A DNA stretch of 64,000 bases. Source: an uncultured delta proteobacterium. Its GTDB lineage: Bacteria; Desulfobacterota; BSN033; UBA1163. How positions within the stretch are numbered: position 1 is the first letter of the stretch; the number at the start of each line of letters is the position of its first letter. A model generated the notes under the pieces. The model worked only from the letters and a program-made list of their open reading frames with translations, was not told the DNA's origin and did not search any database. The stretch lies in the NCBI GenBank assembly GCA_963827685.1, contig CAWHBU010000002.1:352001-416000 (forward strand), read 5' to 3'. Shown piece after piece: positions 30,862 to 41,913 of the stretch. The position numbers and the translations under genes are program-made.

Positions 30862-31038
30862 ATAAAAATATTTTTTCAGAAACCTCTTAGTATTCCCAGA
30901 TTTCCCTTGAGTTTGAGAGACGGTTATGATAGTCTTTAAATCCAAAATAGGGATATTATAGGCCCAAAAATTGAATAGATAGAGAATAGAAACCCGCAAA
31001 AACCATGGTATTTAACACTCAAGCCCGAGGAGGAATGT

Positions 31039-31278
31039 ATGCCGAATAGGGTTGGAAAACATGGAATGGGGTGGATTCCAGATTATCCCGATTTCAGGGA
31101 TTATACTGAAGGGACAAAAGAGATTAAATTGGTTCTTGGTCATCAGGGGGTGTCAAAAGCTAAGGGTCTTGCTGTATCTGTAGATCTCCGACAGTGGTGT
31201 TCACCCATAGAAGATCAGGGTCAAATCGGTTCCTGCACCGCCCACGCAGGGGCTGGAATCAAGGTAGAAAGGGTTTGA
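31039..31278 (+). pseudogene. Truncated C1 cysteine protease (xylellain-like N-terminus)
   Basis: GMGWIPDYPDFRDY, SVDLRQWCSPIEDQGQIGSCTA; ends soon after the catalytic Cys, with no His/Asn motifs. Confidence 0.8.
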
Positions 31279-31331
31279 AACAATGGCGTGCTTTTGAGAA
31301 TCGAAGTTTAACGAGACATTAGAGAGATTCA

Positions 31332-31722
31332 ATGACAAAAGAGGCAAAAGAAACCAAACCCCGTTATGGGACTGTGAATTTTGAAAAAAGAAAGTATCCC
31401 AGGTTTAGTATTGACCTGCCCGCAGAGGCTCAGTCGAACTGACCTTTCCGTCAAACAGGGTCGTGCTATCAATGCCAGTGAAGGGGGATTGCTTCTCTAT
31501 GTTCCAGAGCGAGTCGAGATTGGTCAACATCTGAAATTGAAACTTTTCTTCGCTATGGGCTCTGAACTGAATGCTGTTGAAGCAATGGTTGAGGTGGTTT
31601 GGGTGGATATCCATTTGGAGAAAGATGGGGGAGAATATCGGGCTGGGGTGAGGTTTGCTGAAATTTCCACGCAGGATATGGCCAGCCTGAGGGATCTTTT
31701 GAGAAGTCTTTCCTCTCCCTAA
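31332..31722 (+). pseudogene. PilZ-domain protein, frameshifted
   Basis: ATG 31332 frame gives NFEKRKYPRF (RxxxR) and stops at 31440-42; NASEGG and VVWV...YRAGVRF are in the next frame. Confidence 0.75.
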
Positions 31723-31768
31723 GGGGAACGAATCTTAATGGCAGCTTGCTTGGTGAGAAGGGGCAGTC

Positions 31769-32524
31769 ATGGCTGACCGATTGATAATCCTGGTTACCAA
31801 CGATGATGGCATCCATTCCAAAGGCGTTATCGTGTTGGCAAAAGCCCTCCAGGAGATCGGAAATGTTTTTGTCGTCGCTCCTGATAGAGAACAGAGTGCG
31901 ATTGCCCATTCGCTCACCCTTCACCGGCCTCTCCGGGTAGAAAAGATTAGAAAGAATTTTTATGCCGTGGATGGAACCCCCGCTGATTGTGTACATCTCG
32001 GAGTGAATGCTATCCTCCCTGAACGACCCCGGTTGGTCGTCTCGGGCATTAACAAGGGAGGAAACTTAGGGGATGATATTACTTATTCCGGAACCGTCTC
32101 TGCCGCTTTTGAAGGGACCTTGTTAGGAATCCCTTCGTTCGCTATTTCCTTGGTTTCAAGGAGTCATTTCAAATTCAAAACCGCTGCCCGTTTTGCTCTG
32201 AAAGTGGCACACCATATTCTTAAGGGGGGGCTTCCAAAGGATACGCTTCTCAATATCAATGTCCCTAATCTGGACGAAGAAAAAATCAAATCCTTTAAGA
32301 TTACGCAACAGGGGAGATGGATCCATAATGGGAGTGGGGTAGTAGAGAAAATCGATCCAAGAGGGAAAAAATACTATTGGATCGGCGGCGGACAGCTGGT
32401 TTTTGACAAGAGAGGGGACACCGATTTTGAGGCGGTGTCCAATTCCTATATCTCCGTCACTCCGCTCCATCTTGATTTGACGGACTATTCATCCATCCAG
32501 CAGCTAAGAAAGTGGAGGCTTTGA
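31769..32524 (+). CDS. surE: 5'/3'-nucleotidase SurE
   Basis: ILVTNDDG, DGTPADCV, SGINKGGN, YSGTVSAA. Confidence 0.96.
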   Translation: MADRLIILVTNDDGIHSKGVIVLAKALQEIGNVFVVAPDREQSAIAHSLTLHRPLRVEKIRKNFYAVDGTPADCVHLGVNAILPERPRLVVSGINKGGNLGDDITYSGTVSAAFEGTLLGIPSFAISLVSRSHFKFKTAARFALKVAHHILKGGLPKDTLLNINVPNLDEEKIKSFKITQQGRWIHNGSGVVEKIDPRGKKYYWIGGGQLVFDKRGDTDFEAVSNSYISVTPLHLDLTDYSSIQQLRKWRL

Positions 32525-32590
32525 ATTTCACTCCCATTTTATCAAAGCAGGAGCAAATAGATTTCGTTTACGGAAAGATACTGAGCTAAT

Positions 32591-32727
32591 AAATTCCAAA
32601 TGACAAATTCCAAATTATAAATAAATTCCAATTTTCGAGCTCAAATTACCGAAACTAATTTGTTTGGAACATTTATGTTTTGAATTTGGTGCTTGTTTGG
32701 GATTTGTCATTTGGGATTTGGAATTTT
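32591..32727. repeat. Inverted heptamer-array element
   Basis: aaattccaaatgacaaattccaaat ... tttgggatttgtcatttgggatttggaattt. Confidence 0.7.
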
Positions 32728-32772
32728 AACTGGGATTCAAAATAAGGCAGTCAAATATTAGCAAAATTTCAG

Positions 32773-34116
32773 ATGGGAAAACACGTTTACATCGAGACTT
32801 ACGGTTGCCAAATGAACGAGCATGATTCGGAGCGGATGCTTCGGCTCTTAGAGGGGATCTCTTACTCCGAGACGAAAGAAGCCAAAGAGGCCAACCTCAT
32901 CCTCATCAACACTTGCAGCGTCCGGGAGAAACCAGAACATAAAGTCTATAGCGCCCTGGGAAGATTTAAGGAATTGAAGGAGGAAAGGGGCACGATCATC
33001 GGCGTGGCCGGATGCGTTGCTCAGCAGGAAGGCAAACGTCTCTTAGACCGGATACCTTATCTGGATATGGTTATCGGAACACAAGCGATCCCAGCACTTC
33101 CGGATTTGGTGCAAAAAGTTGAAGCCCTCGGTCAAAGGATCTGTGAAATAGGCTTCGATACAGAGGGAGAGTATCTGAAGACTCCTTTGCTCCCGAGACC
33201 CCCCGTGGCCGAATCTATTCGACTGGTCAAACTGAAATCCTATGTGACCATCATGCAGGGATGTGACCGTTTCTGTTCTTTTTGCATTGTTCCCTATGTG
33301 AGAGGAAGGGAGAGGAGCCGGCCGAGTCACGAGATTATTGAAGAGGTGAGAGACTTGGCTGAGATGGGCGTGAAAGAAGTCTGCCTTCTTGGTCAGAATG
33401 TCAATGGTTATGGGAAGGGAATAGGAGGAGAGTTAAGATTTCCAGAACTTCTCCACCGGATCAATGAGGTAAATGGTATCGAGCGGATTCGGTTTACCAC
33501 CTCCCATCCTGCAGATCTATCGGAAGAGTTGATTCAGGCCTTTTCTGACTTGCCTAAACTCTGTGAGCATATCCACCTCCCTTTTCAGTCGGGATCGAGT
33601 AGAATTCTAAAAGCAATGCATCGGGGGTATACGAAAGAATCCTATCTTGAAAAAATAGACCGCCTGAGAGAAGGCTGTCCCTCGATTGCTTTGACTGCTG
33701 ATGTGATCGTGGGATTTCCAGGTGAGGAGGAAAGGGACTTTGAGGAGACATTAGAACTTCTTCAGAAGGTTCGATTCGATGACCTCTTTTCCTTTAAATA
33801 CTCACCCAGAAAAAGGACACGAGCCGCACAATATGAGGACCGTGTTCAGGAGCAAGTGAAACAGGATCGATTGACGATCCTTCAGGGAATCCAAAAGGAA
33901 ATTACGCTTCAAAAGAATCAGGAATTAGAGGGTCGTGTGGAAGAAGTATTAGTCGAAGGCCAGAGCAAACAGAGCACCCAAGATGTGACCGGCCGAACCC
34001 GATCCAATAAGATCGCCAATTTTGAAGGCGATTTAAGTTTGGTGGGGAAATTGGTTCCTGTCCGAGTTGTAAAAGGTTATGCCCATTCTCTCAGGGGGGA
34101 GATATTTTCAGATTGA
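32773..34116 (+). CDS. miaB: tRNA-i6A37 methylthiotransferase
   Basis: TYGCQMNEHDSE, NTCSVREK, GCVAQ, CDRFCSFC, LLGQNVN, C-terminal TRAM domain. Confidence 0.96.
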   Translation: MGKHVYIETYGCQMNEHDSERMLRLLEGISYSETKEAKEANLILINTCSVREKPEHKVYSALGRFKELKEERGTIIGVAGCVAQQEGKRLLDRIPYLDMVIGTQAIPALPDLVQKVEALGQRICEIGFDTEGEYLKTPLLPRPPVAESIRLVKLKSYVTIMQGCDRFCSFCIVPYVRGRERSRPSHEIIEEVRDLAEMGVKEVCLLGQNVNGYGKGIGGELRFPELLHRINEVNGIERIRFTTSHPADLSEELIQAFSDLPKLCEHIHLPFQSGSSRILKAMHRGYTKESYLEKIDRLREGCPSIALTADVIVGFPGEEERDFEETLELLQKVRFDDLFSFKYSPRKRTRAAQYEDRVQEQVKQDRLTILQGIQKEITLQKNQELEGRVEEVLVEGQSKQSTQDVTGRTRSNKIANFEGDLSLVGKLVPVRVVKGYAHSLRGEIFSD

Positions 34117-34286
34117 ACTTCTATTCCGAAATCTGCAATCCGAATTCTGCAATTAAGAATGGGTTTACCCCCACTCCCTCCGCGGAGAGATTTGAAGTTC
34201 TGAGTTCGGCCGTCCCCGCAGTGCCACCTCCGCTGAAGTAGCTAAGGCTACGTAGGCCGGAAGCGCAGGTATGGAAAGGAGATTCC

Positions 34287-35276
34287 ATGATGCGATTCGA
34301 GCAAACCTTCATGAATTTTCTTCTTCAGCACCAGGAGAAACATAACCGGACATACCATTTCCTCATCCTGATGGACGCCATGATCAGTGCGGCAAGGCAT
34401 ATCCAGCACTACTATCTAACCGGTGCCTTAAAGGGAAATCTCGGCTTAGCCGGTGACGTAAACGTTCAGGGCGAGGATGTCATGCGTATGGATCAAATCG
34501 CCCAGGAGATCACCATCCATTATTTGAAGACCTCGGGCCGGGTCATTCATGCGGTCAGTGAAGAATCCGAAGCGATCATCCCGCTCAATCCCGACGGAGG
34601 ACGGTATTTTGTCTATTTCGACCCCATGGATGGTTCATCCAATATCCCCCATGGACTGCCGGTCGGGTTTCTATTCGGGATTGCTAAACGTAATCTGGAA
34701 GGGCCTGAGGACGGCCACCTGAGGGCCGGGAAAGATTTTATTGCTGCCGGTATGTTTGTGATTCCAACAGGGACGTTCACCCTCGGACTCAAGGATGCGG
34801 GTACGTGGCGGTTCCACATCGACGAGACCATGACGTATGTCAGGCCGACTCAAATGATCCTTCCTGAAGACACCAAGAGCTGGGAGTTGTCATTCAATGC
34901 GTCCAACCGGAACACCTATGCTGAATGGGTACAGAAATGGATTCTGGAGAATGAAAGTAAGTATGCTTTCAGGTACCTCGGCGCGTTAGCCGGAGATTTT
35001 CACAGGATTCTGGCGAACGGCGGTATGTTCATGTACCCCGCCATCGTCAATCATCCAAATCCGAAAAAGAACCGCCCCGAGGGCAAACTGCGGCTCATGT
35101 ATGAAGCCGCGGTGGTGGCTTTCATGTGCCGCGAAGCAGGCGGGTCAGCCGTCAATGAGGAGGGAATTCCGATTCTCGATATCCAACCGAAGAAACATCA
35201 CCAGCGAACAGCGCTCTATGTCGGTTCGAAGAAATTGGTGGAAGATATTGGGCAGGTCTTAAAGAACAAAGGTTAA
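34287..35276 (+). CDS. fbp: Class 1 fructose-1,6-bisphosphatase
   Basis: NVQGE, SEE, FDPMDGSSN, RYLGALAGDFHR, GKLRLMYE. Confidence 0.93.
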   Translation: MMRFEQTFMNFLLQHQEKHNRTYHFLILMDAMISAARHIQHYYLTGALKGNLGLAGDVNVQGEDVMRMDQIAQEITIHYLKTSGRVIHAVSEESEAIIPLNPDGGRYFVYFDPMDGSSNIPHGLPVGFLFGIAKRNLEGPEDGHLRAGKDFIAAGMFVIPTGTFTLGLKDAGTWRFHIDETMTYVRPTQMILPEDTKSWELSFNASNRNTYAEWVQKWILENESKYAFRYLGALAGDFHRILANGGMFMYPAIVNHPNPKKNRPEGKLRLMYEAAVVAFMCREAGGSAVNEEGIPILDIQPKKHHQRTALYVGSKKLVEDIGQVLKNKG

Positions 35277-35312
35277 GGTTGAGGTTAAGGTTAAGGTTAA
35301 GGTTAAGGTTAA
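35269..35312 (+). repeat. Hexamer microsatellite (aaggtt)n
   Basis: aaggttaaggttgaggttaaggttaaggttaaggttaaggttaa overlapping the fbp stop. Confidence 0.85.
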
Positions 35313-35496
35313 CATTAACCTCAAGATAAGATTAATACTGAGATTTCTGATTTCAGAGTTGAAGAATCGAATCACGAATCACGGACACGAGACACGTCAT
35401 TTAGTAAAAGTAGGTTGAGGTTGAGGTTCCTGATTTAAGAGTTAAAGAAGCGAATCACAAATCACCAACGCGAGTCACCTTAAAAGGAGAGAGGCC

Positions 35497-36789
35497 ATGG
35501 CCAAAAGGAGAGTTTCTTCAACCGGTTTTAAAAAAGCCCTTGAGATAGGAAGACCCCCCAATATTAAGAAGCTTTTTCCCAATTCCCAAGCCTTCATCGT
35601 GAGCGGAAAAGTGATAGACCGGGCCATGATGGCTAAAGGAAAAGCTGTGGCAATGGCTGCAAACGGCCGAAATCAATTTGTCATCCGGGGAGTGCTTCTG
35701 GCCGCCCAGCGCGCCAATGCTCCTGTTATTATCGAGATCGCAAAATCGGAAGGAGGCACAAAAGCCTATTGCGCAGTGAACTACTGGAATATTGCCATGG
35801 TGGTCGATGCCCTCTGCAACGAGCTTGGCATCACCATTCCGGTGGCAATCCATGCCGACCATTATGGGATTAGGAACGATAAGGACCTTGAAGCGGCAAA
35901 GGTTGAGATTCCGAGCTTCTTTGACGCAGGAATGACTTCGGTTGCCATTGATGCCTCTCATCTTCCGGATGACAAAAACCTTTTGGCCAATATTACCATC
36001 AATCCTTATATCCCTAAATGGGCAGGGCTTGAGACAGAAGTAGGTGAGATTAAAGGAGAGGAAGGTCTTTCAACAGTGGAAGAGGCCGTGTTTCTCATCC
36101 AGGGGCTCAACGCCCATAACATCTTCCCGGATTGGATTGCTTTAAACAATGGGACAACGCATGGCATCGAAGAGAAGGATTCCGGGATTCATGTGCCATT
36201 AACCGCAGATATTCACAAGGCCATAGAGAAATATAAAGTCTCCGGCGCCCAGCATGGAACATCGGGTAACAGCTCCGAGAGGCTTCGTCAAATCGCAGCC
36301 CAGACTCATACCACTAAAGCCAATGTTGCCACAGCCCTGCAGATGATCACGTGGGGTGTACAGGTAAATGATTACGGGAATGCCATTCTTGATGCAGAGG
36401 GAAATTTCAGCAAAGTGAAGGGAGAAGGCGTTTCGGAGGAGATGTGGGCTGAGATGGTGACTTATGCCCAATCGAAAAACTGGAAGAAGGGGGACTACAA
36501 AAACCTCAGCCTCCCGTTTGAAAATAAATTACTTGCCCAGCCAAAAGAGATCAGAGATCGGATGGTAGAGGAAGTAGAGGACTTTGCTTACAAGATGATG
36601 ACTGAGGTCTTCAATTCCCAGGATACAGCTTCCCTGGCCATCGAGGCCATTTTGAAAAAAGGTTCCTATCATCTTGGTCCTAAAGGTAGACGGATGGAAA
36701 ACCCCGCCGAATGGACGGAAAGTAAGATCGTGGAACGGTTTGCCAAACTTGGAACCGACAAGGGCCCCGCAGGCAAATTCGAGGATTGA
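35497..36789 (+). CDS. fba: Class II fructose-bisphosphate aldolase
   Basis: HADH, DASH, ETEVGEI, NNGTTHG, AQHGTSG, KANVAT; follows fbp. Confidence 0.85.
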   Translation: MAKRRVSSTGFKKALEIGRPPNIKKLFPNSQAFIVSGKVIDRAMMAKGKAVAMAANGRNQFVIRGVLLAAQRANAPVIIEIAKSEGGTKAYCAVNYWNIAMVVDALCNELGITIPVAIHADHYGIRNDKDLEAAKVEIPSFFDAGMTSVAIDASHLPDDKNLLANITINPYIPKWAGLETEVGEIKGEEGLSTVEEAVFLIQGLNAHNIFPDWIALNNGTTHGIEEKDSGIHVPLTADIHKAIEKYKVSGAQHGTSGNSSERLRQIAAQTHTTKANVATALQMITWGVQVNDYGNAILDAEGNFSKVKGEGVSEEMWAEMVTYAQSKNWKKGDYKNLSLPFENKLLAQPKEIRDRMVEEVEDFAYKMMTEVFNSQDTASLAIEAILKKGSYHLGPKGRRMENPAEWTESKIVERFAKLGTDKGPAGKFED

Positions 36790-36883
36790 GAAATCCAGCG
36801 GCGCAGTTAAAATAACTAAGCATTGAGTTTTAAAATTTACTTAACTATAGTGTACAACCTAGATATGTTGACATCCTCAATGT

Positions 36884-36971
36884 GTCATTGCGAACGAAGT
36901 GAAGGTCGATACGACCCACGTCGCTTCGCCCTGTACACCAAGCGGTGCAGGGCTTCGCTCCTCGCAATGAC
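36884..36971. repeat. gtcattgcga...tcgcaatgac palindromic element with nested hairpin
   Basis: 10-bp terminal inverted repeat; inner gccctgtacaccaagcggtgcagggc. Confidence 0.75.
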
Positions 36972-37065
36972 TACTTTTGTGTGTCGTTCGCAATAACTTG
37001 AGTATGTTCCTGTAACCATCCCCCCCTATAGCCATCCCGACACAAAAGACCAAACTTTAATGGCT

Positions 37066-37737
37066 TTATTTTTCTTCGGGAAAGAAATGTTCGAACTGGA
37101 TGACTTGACCCGGAGGCACGACGATAAACTCATCATCCCACGGCCCATCAATCATCTTTTTCACCAGGGCTGTCGATCCTTCAATTTCTTCATACCTGAG
37201 CCCAAATCGCTCTGCGGTGCGCCGCGCATAATCGCGGTACCGTTCCAATTCGTGCTGACCCGTATTGATTAACGCTAACCGCTTGTAGTTTTTGAGCATC
37301 AGACGTGTGAGCCGCTCGGCGAGTTCCAGGCCACGGGTTGCCACCATCCGTTCGTATTCGGCAAAGGGAGTATCGCCTACCTCAATCCAGCCCTTGGTCA
37401 AGTAATATGTTCCCGGTTCAGAACGAGACTGTTGTCGGTAAGCCGAGTATGAGCCTAAAAAAATCGCAATGCAGTCATCCACGCGCGGCACAACCAGTGT
37501 ACAGTCCGTGGCCCGTATTCCGAGAACACCTTTTGAACAAAGCCCATAACCCAGGATGATCGTATCCGCCTCGTTGCTCGATGCATCAATGGCCTCCTGC
37601 AGGGCATGGCGGAGTTTCTCAGGGTCAATGTGCAGGCCAAAGTCAAGAGTCCGGTGCCCTACATCAGGAGGTAAGAGAGGCAACATCTCTTCGATGACAG
37701 TGGCACAGGCAATTACCATTTTACGTGTTTCGGTCAT
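37066..37737 (-). CDS. DUF1638 protein
   Basis: IAC..I, GLH..P..L, LGYGLCSKG, DDCIAIFLGS, GTYYLTKGW. Confidence 0.85.
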   Translation of the reverse strand: MTETRKMVIACATVIEEMLPLLPPDVGHRTLDFGLHIDPEKLRHALQEAIDASSNEADTIILGYGLCSKGVLGIRATDCTLVVPRVDDCIAIFLGSYSAYRQQSRSEPGTYYLTKGWIEVGDTPFAEYERMVATRGLELAERLTRLMLKNYKRLALINTGQHELERYRDYARRTAERFGLRYEEIEGSTALVKKMIDGPWDDEFIVVPPGQVIQFEHFFPEEK

Positions 37738-37889
37738 ACAGATTCCTTAAGATCACCTACATATAAATATAACTCAACTGCCACCGAAATTTAAATGGGG
37801 ATAATTATCCCAAATTCCGATTTAGAGAATGAACCTCTTTTCCTATTCTGCACCTAAAAGGTGCGTGCCTGCACGCCGAAGTGCTTGCC

Positions 37890-38478
37890 TTTGTTTGTTA
37901 AAAAAGGAGCTAAGCCCTGGATGCCATTCCCGTGGGTCTGTTATGCCGTTGGAGCGATATTCCTTTTTGTCGGCCTTGAACACTATTCTTATCCCTCACC
38001 CTGGCTTGCCTTGAATGCCTCTTTTTTGCCCAACGTCATTTTTGTATTCTCTCTCTGGGCGGGTGCCCGCCTCACCCGTCGACTCGATCTGAAACTCGAG
38101 GCAGATGTGCAAGGGCTGGCCGGCCATGCATTTTTGGCACTGCTGGTTGCAATGGAATGTGTACGCTGGAGTCACTACACCAGCATCATCACTCCTAAGA
38201 CGGGCTTCAGTCTGATTTCGGCTGCCTGGGCCGTACAGGCTTTTGTTGTCATTTGGATCGGTTTGGCCAGACGATCTCCTCTTCTTCGTTATCTTGGATT
38301 TGCTTTATTCCTCCTGGCGGTAGGTAAAACATTGATCATTGATACGAGTGAACTTGAGAAGGTCTATCGTATCGTATCTTTTGCGGCGTGTGGTCTGCTT
38401 CTGGTGGCGGCCGGCTATTTCTACCAGCGTTATAGCCCAAGGATATTGGAAAAATTAGATTCGGAGATAAAGAGATGA
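37890..38478 (+). pseudogene. 5'-truncated DUF2339-like membrane protein
   Basis: C-terminal signature SAAW...LRYLG..LF...K.LIID...YRIVSF...GLLL...YFYQR; no N-terminal part; the repeat at 37864 sits at the break. Confidence 0.65.
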
Positions 38479-39790
38479 AAAAACTCCTGGTATTGATCCT
38501 TTTGATCAGCATAGCAACTTCTGTCCATGCGGCGATCGACCTTACAGGGTGGAGCTGGCAGCGTTCCATTGATGTACGAACGTCCGCGGGATTTGTTCGC
38601 CTCGCCATCACTCCTGAAATTTTTAACGAGAGTCAGGCAACACTTGATGATCTCCGAGTGATCGACGAGAACAGAAGACTCGTCCCCCATGTCATTCACT
38701 GGGGGAGGGTGAAAGAAACCCAACACCTGGAGTGGTAACCGGCCCGGCTACTGAACGAAACATTTGTTCCGGGGAAGTATGCTACGGTGACAGCGGACTT
38801 CGGGGAGTTGACTGAAAAAAACCATATTATGGTAAACCTATCCGGTCAGAATTATCGGCGCCGGGCCCTGCTTGAGGGAAGTCATGACGGCCGGGTTTGG
38901 GAGGTGGTTGCTGAAGAGGTATGGCTTTTTGATGTGAGCCTGCCGGGCCAAAATTTTAAGGTGGACGCCATCAAATTCCCTACCAATAACTTTCGTTATC
39001 TTCGATTGACGGTTTATAACATGACCGATGACCCGAGGCGCATTACCATCGAAGCGGTCAAAGGCGCCTTCCAACGAGCCGAAATGGAAAAAGAACTGGT
39101 ACCCGTGCCCGTAAAGCAGATAGTTGTGTCCCACGATGAAAAGAAAAATCAGACGGTGATTGAGTTAGACCTCGCTTTTCGCAACCTGCCTGTGGCGAAT
39201 CTCCAAGTTGAGACTCCACCTCCTATTTTTATCGCGGCTATGAACTTCTTGGGCGGAATGAGCCGAAGGAGAGAGTTCCGCGCAAGACAGAAACCAAATG
39301 GGACACCATTGAGCGGGAGGTTCCCTGGAGATCGATTGACCGGGGAGTTTTATACCGGATTCAGCATAAACAAAAAGTGAGTGAATTGCTCAGAGTCGAA
39401 AACATAAACGCTCCATACCGGTTTCTGCAAATCTGCATTTATAACGGAGACAACCCGCCATTGAAGATCGATAAGATTTCATTGTATCGACGTGATACCA
39501 GTTTGGTTTTTCAGGTTCAGTCGGGTCAGGCTTATACATTGATTGGAGGAAATCCAAAAACCGGCGGGGCAAACTACGATCTTGCCCGGTCCATTCAGGG
39601 GGTTGACGAATTTAAGCTGCCGGTGGTGAGTCTCGGTGCGTCAATTCCCATTCCCCACAAAGAGAAAATGGCTCCTTGGACTGAACGCCACGGTACTCTC
39701 CTGTGGATCGTTCTTATACTTGCTGTGGTTGGAATGCTGATCCTTATTGTGAGAAGTATAAAGAAGCTTCCATCGCAAGGGAAAAGGTAA
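38475..39790 (+). pseudogene. DUF3999-like protein broken by a nonsense codon and a frameshift
   Basis: Signal peptide and DLRVID; in-frame TAA at 38736-38 with the same frame continuing; frameshift near 39215; NGDNPPL...YDL...LLWIVL C-terminal TM. Confidence 0.8.
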
Positions 39791-39808
39791 GGTTGTTCAA
39801 TCGACGAC

Positions 39809-41740
39809 CTATTTCTTACCAATCTCCTCCAACACGACCTGCACAAGACTATCCACATCTAATCCTTGCATCCGGTAAAGCTCATCGGGTTTACCGGAAC
39901 TGCCATACTGAGTGATTCCAAGCTTCCGAAGACGGATCCCCAGACCTTGTCCTGCGAGAAAGTTGGCAATGAGGCTTCCCAGGCCAGTTTGAATATGATG
40001 GTCCTCATAAGTGATGATGATTCCTGTCTTAGCCGCTTTGAGGATCACCTCCCTATCCAATTCGCCCAAGCAGGAGATATTAATTACCTGAGCATAGATT
40101 CCCCTTTCTCTTAATATTTGACAGGCCTGGACAGCCCTGTAAACCATCCCCCCTGTGGTAAGTATCGCCGCATCTTTTCCATTCCTTACCAGATCGGCCT
40201 GACCGTATCGAAACTCATAAGAAGGGCCAAATAAGGGAGCTCCTTCTTCTGTGAGGAGGATTGGTATTGCAGAGCGACCCATCGGGACGAGAAAATTGCC
40301 ATAGGTTTTTGCCACATACCTAATGACACGATCCGTTTGATTGGGGTCAGCCGGAATAATGATTTTATATCCGAAGAGATTTTGCATCACCCCGACATAG
40401 TCAATACATTGATGAGTTTTCCCATCTTCACCTACATCAAGGCCATTATGGGTGCAGACGAGTTTAAGGTTTGTCTCATTGATATCGTTAAGGCGGTGTT
40501 GGTTATAGGTCTCATCCACACCAAAGACGCCAAAGTCGGCAAAGAAAGAGAGAAAACCGAGTGTAGAAATGGCCCCGGCGATGGTGGCAGTATTATGCTC
40601 CTGGATTCCTCCTTGGAAAAAATGATTCGGAAACTGCTTAGCGAACCCTGCCGTTTTCACAGAGGAGGCTAAATCACAGTCGAAGACTGCAATGGAAAGA
40701 GGGGAATCCTCCCGGAAATTGGCTTTAGCGATATCCACCAAGGCATTTCCAAAGGCGCTTCGATTATCTATTTTCTGGTCTTTCTCATAATTTCTCGGAT
40801 TCCCAGTCGAGATGGAAGGAACTTCCAGAGGATATTTTCGTCCGTCGAATGGAAAGGGACCTTTCTCGCGAATTTGGCGGTATCGATACAAATCATCTTC
40901 GACTCCCAACTCCTGAATCGCCTTTTTATATTCCTCAAGGGTAAGGGCTCTTCCATGAAATTCTTCTTTCCCTTCCATAAAAGAAACTCCTTTTCCCATT
41001 GTGGTATTTGCAATGATCACCGTGGGGTGTTTGGAAAGGGTCGCTTTTCGCAAGGAAGCATAGATTTCTTGAAATTGATGGCCATCTATTTCCATGACCT
41101 GCCATCCATCGGACTTAAAATTCTCTGAGATATTTTGTGGCATGATCTCCTGGGTGACTCCACTAATCTGCCTACAGTTGAAGTCGATGATCACAGTCAG
41201 GTTGTCAAGACCATATTTCATAGCAAAACGACGGGCCTCAGAAATTTGACCTTTCTGCTGTTCGCCACAGCCCATGGTGACAAAAACATGAAATCCTTTC
41301 TTTGAAATCTTTGATCCCAAAGCAAATCCACACCCCGCTGACAATCCCTGTCCCAAATTGCCGGTATTCCACTCCACCCCCGGAATGCTTTTCTCAACAT
41401 GCCCTTCAAAAGGACTTCCCGTCTTACGAAACGCAGCAATGGCTGCCTCAATCGGAAAGAAACCTATGCGGCCTAAAGCCGCATACACTCCCGGAGAGGT
41501 ATGGCCATGGCTGATCACAATCCTATCCCTATTTGGGTCTGATGAAGATTGGGGATGAATATTGGCATATGAATAGAGAACGAGATAGAAATCGATCGAG
41601 GACATGGACCCTCCGGGATGTCCAGATCCGGCAAGGGTCGTCATTTTTAATATATCGCCTCTCGCCAACCTCGCCAGTTCGGATAACCTTTTGAGAGATT
41701 CTTCATCCAATTTTTTGGCGCCAAATCTTTTCTTACTCAT
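39809..41740 (-). CDS. tkt: Transketolase (single chain)
   Basis: SGHPGGS, SHGH, TGNLGQG, GIQEH, THNGLDVGEDGKTHQ, EDH. Confidence 0.92.
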   Translation of the reverse strand: MSKKRFGAKKLDEESLKRLSELARLARGDILKMTTLAGSGHPGGSMSSIDFYLVLYSYANIHPQSSSDPNRDRIVISHGHTSPGVYAALGRIGFFPIEAAIAAFRKTGSPFEGHVEKSIPGVEWNTGNLGQGLSAGCGFALGSKISKKGFHVFVTMGCGEQQKGQISEARRFAMKYGLDNLTVIIDFNCRQISGVTQEIMPQNISENFKSDGWQVMEIDGHQFQEIYASLRKATLSKHPTVIIANTTMGKGVSFMEGKEEFHGRALTLEEYKKAIQELGVEDDLYRYRQIREKGPFPFDGRKYPLEVPSISTGNPRNYEKDQKIDNRSAFGNALVDIAKANFREDSPLSIAVFDCDLASSVKTAGFAKQFPNHFFQGGIQEHNTATIAGAISTLGFLSFFADFGVFGVDETYNQHRLNDINETNLKLVCTHNGLDVGEDGKTHQCIDYVGVMQNLFGYKIIIPADPNQTDRVIRYVAKTYGNFLVPMGRSAIPILLTEEGAPLFGPSYEFRYGQADLVRNGKDAAILTTGGMVYRAVQACQILRERGIYAQVINISCLGELDREVILKAAKTGIIITYEDHHIQTGLGSLIANFLAGQGLGIRLRKLGITQYGSSGKPDELYRMQGLDVDSLVQVVLEEIGKK

Positions 41741-41913
41741 CTTCTACCTCCGTCGCAACACAGATTAATCCTAATAGCATATTTGTTACCTTTTTGGAAA
41801 GAGGATATTGTTACGAAGGTATATATTAAGAACATTATCGTTTCATTATCATTGACAATCTTTGAATTTGGTTATATTCGTTAGAAAATGATCTCAGAAT
41901 AACTTCAAAGATT

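Noticed and set aside
30603-30939. ORFs of 95 and 102 aa
   Set aside because: They run through the composite MITE and show no protein motifs.
38736-38738. In-frame stop as recoding (Sec/Pyl)
   Set aside because: The codon is TAA, and the gene also has a frameshift near 39215, so it is a pseudogene.
34287-41740. fbp-fba-tkt as a Calvin-cycle cluster
   Set aside because: No RuBisCO or phosphoribulokinase here, and tkt is on the other strand; gluconeogenesis and the pentose phosphate pathway explain it.
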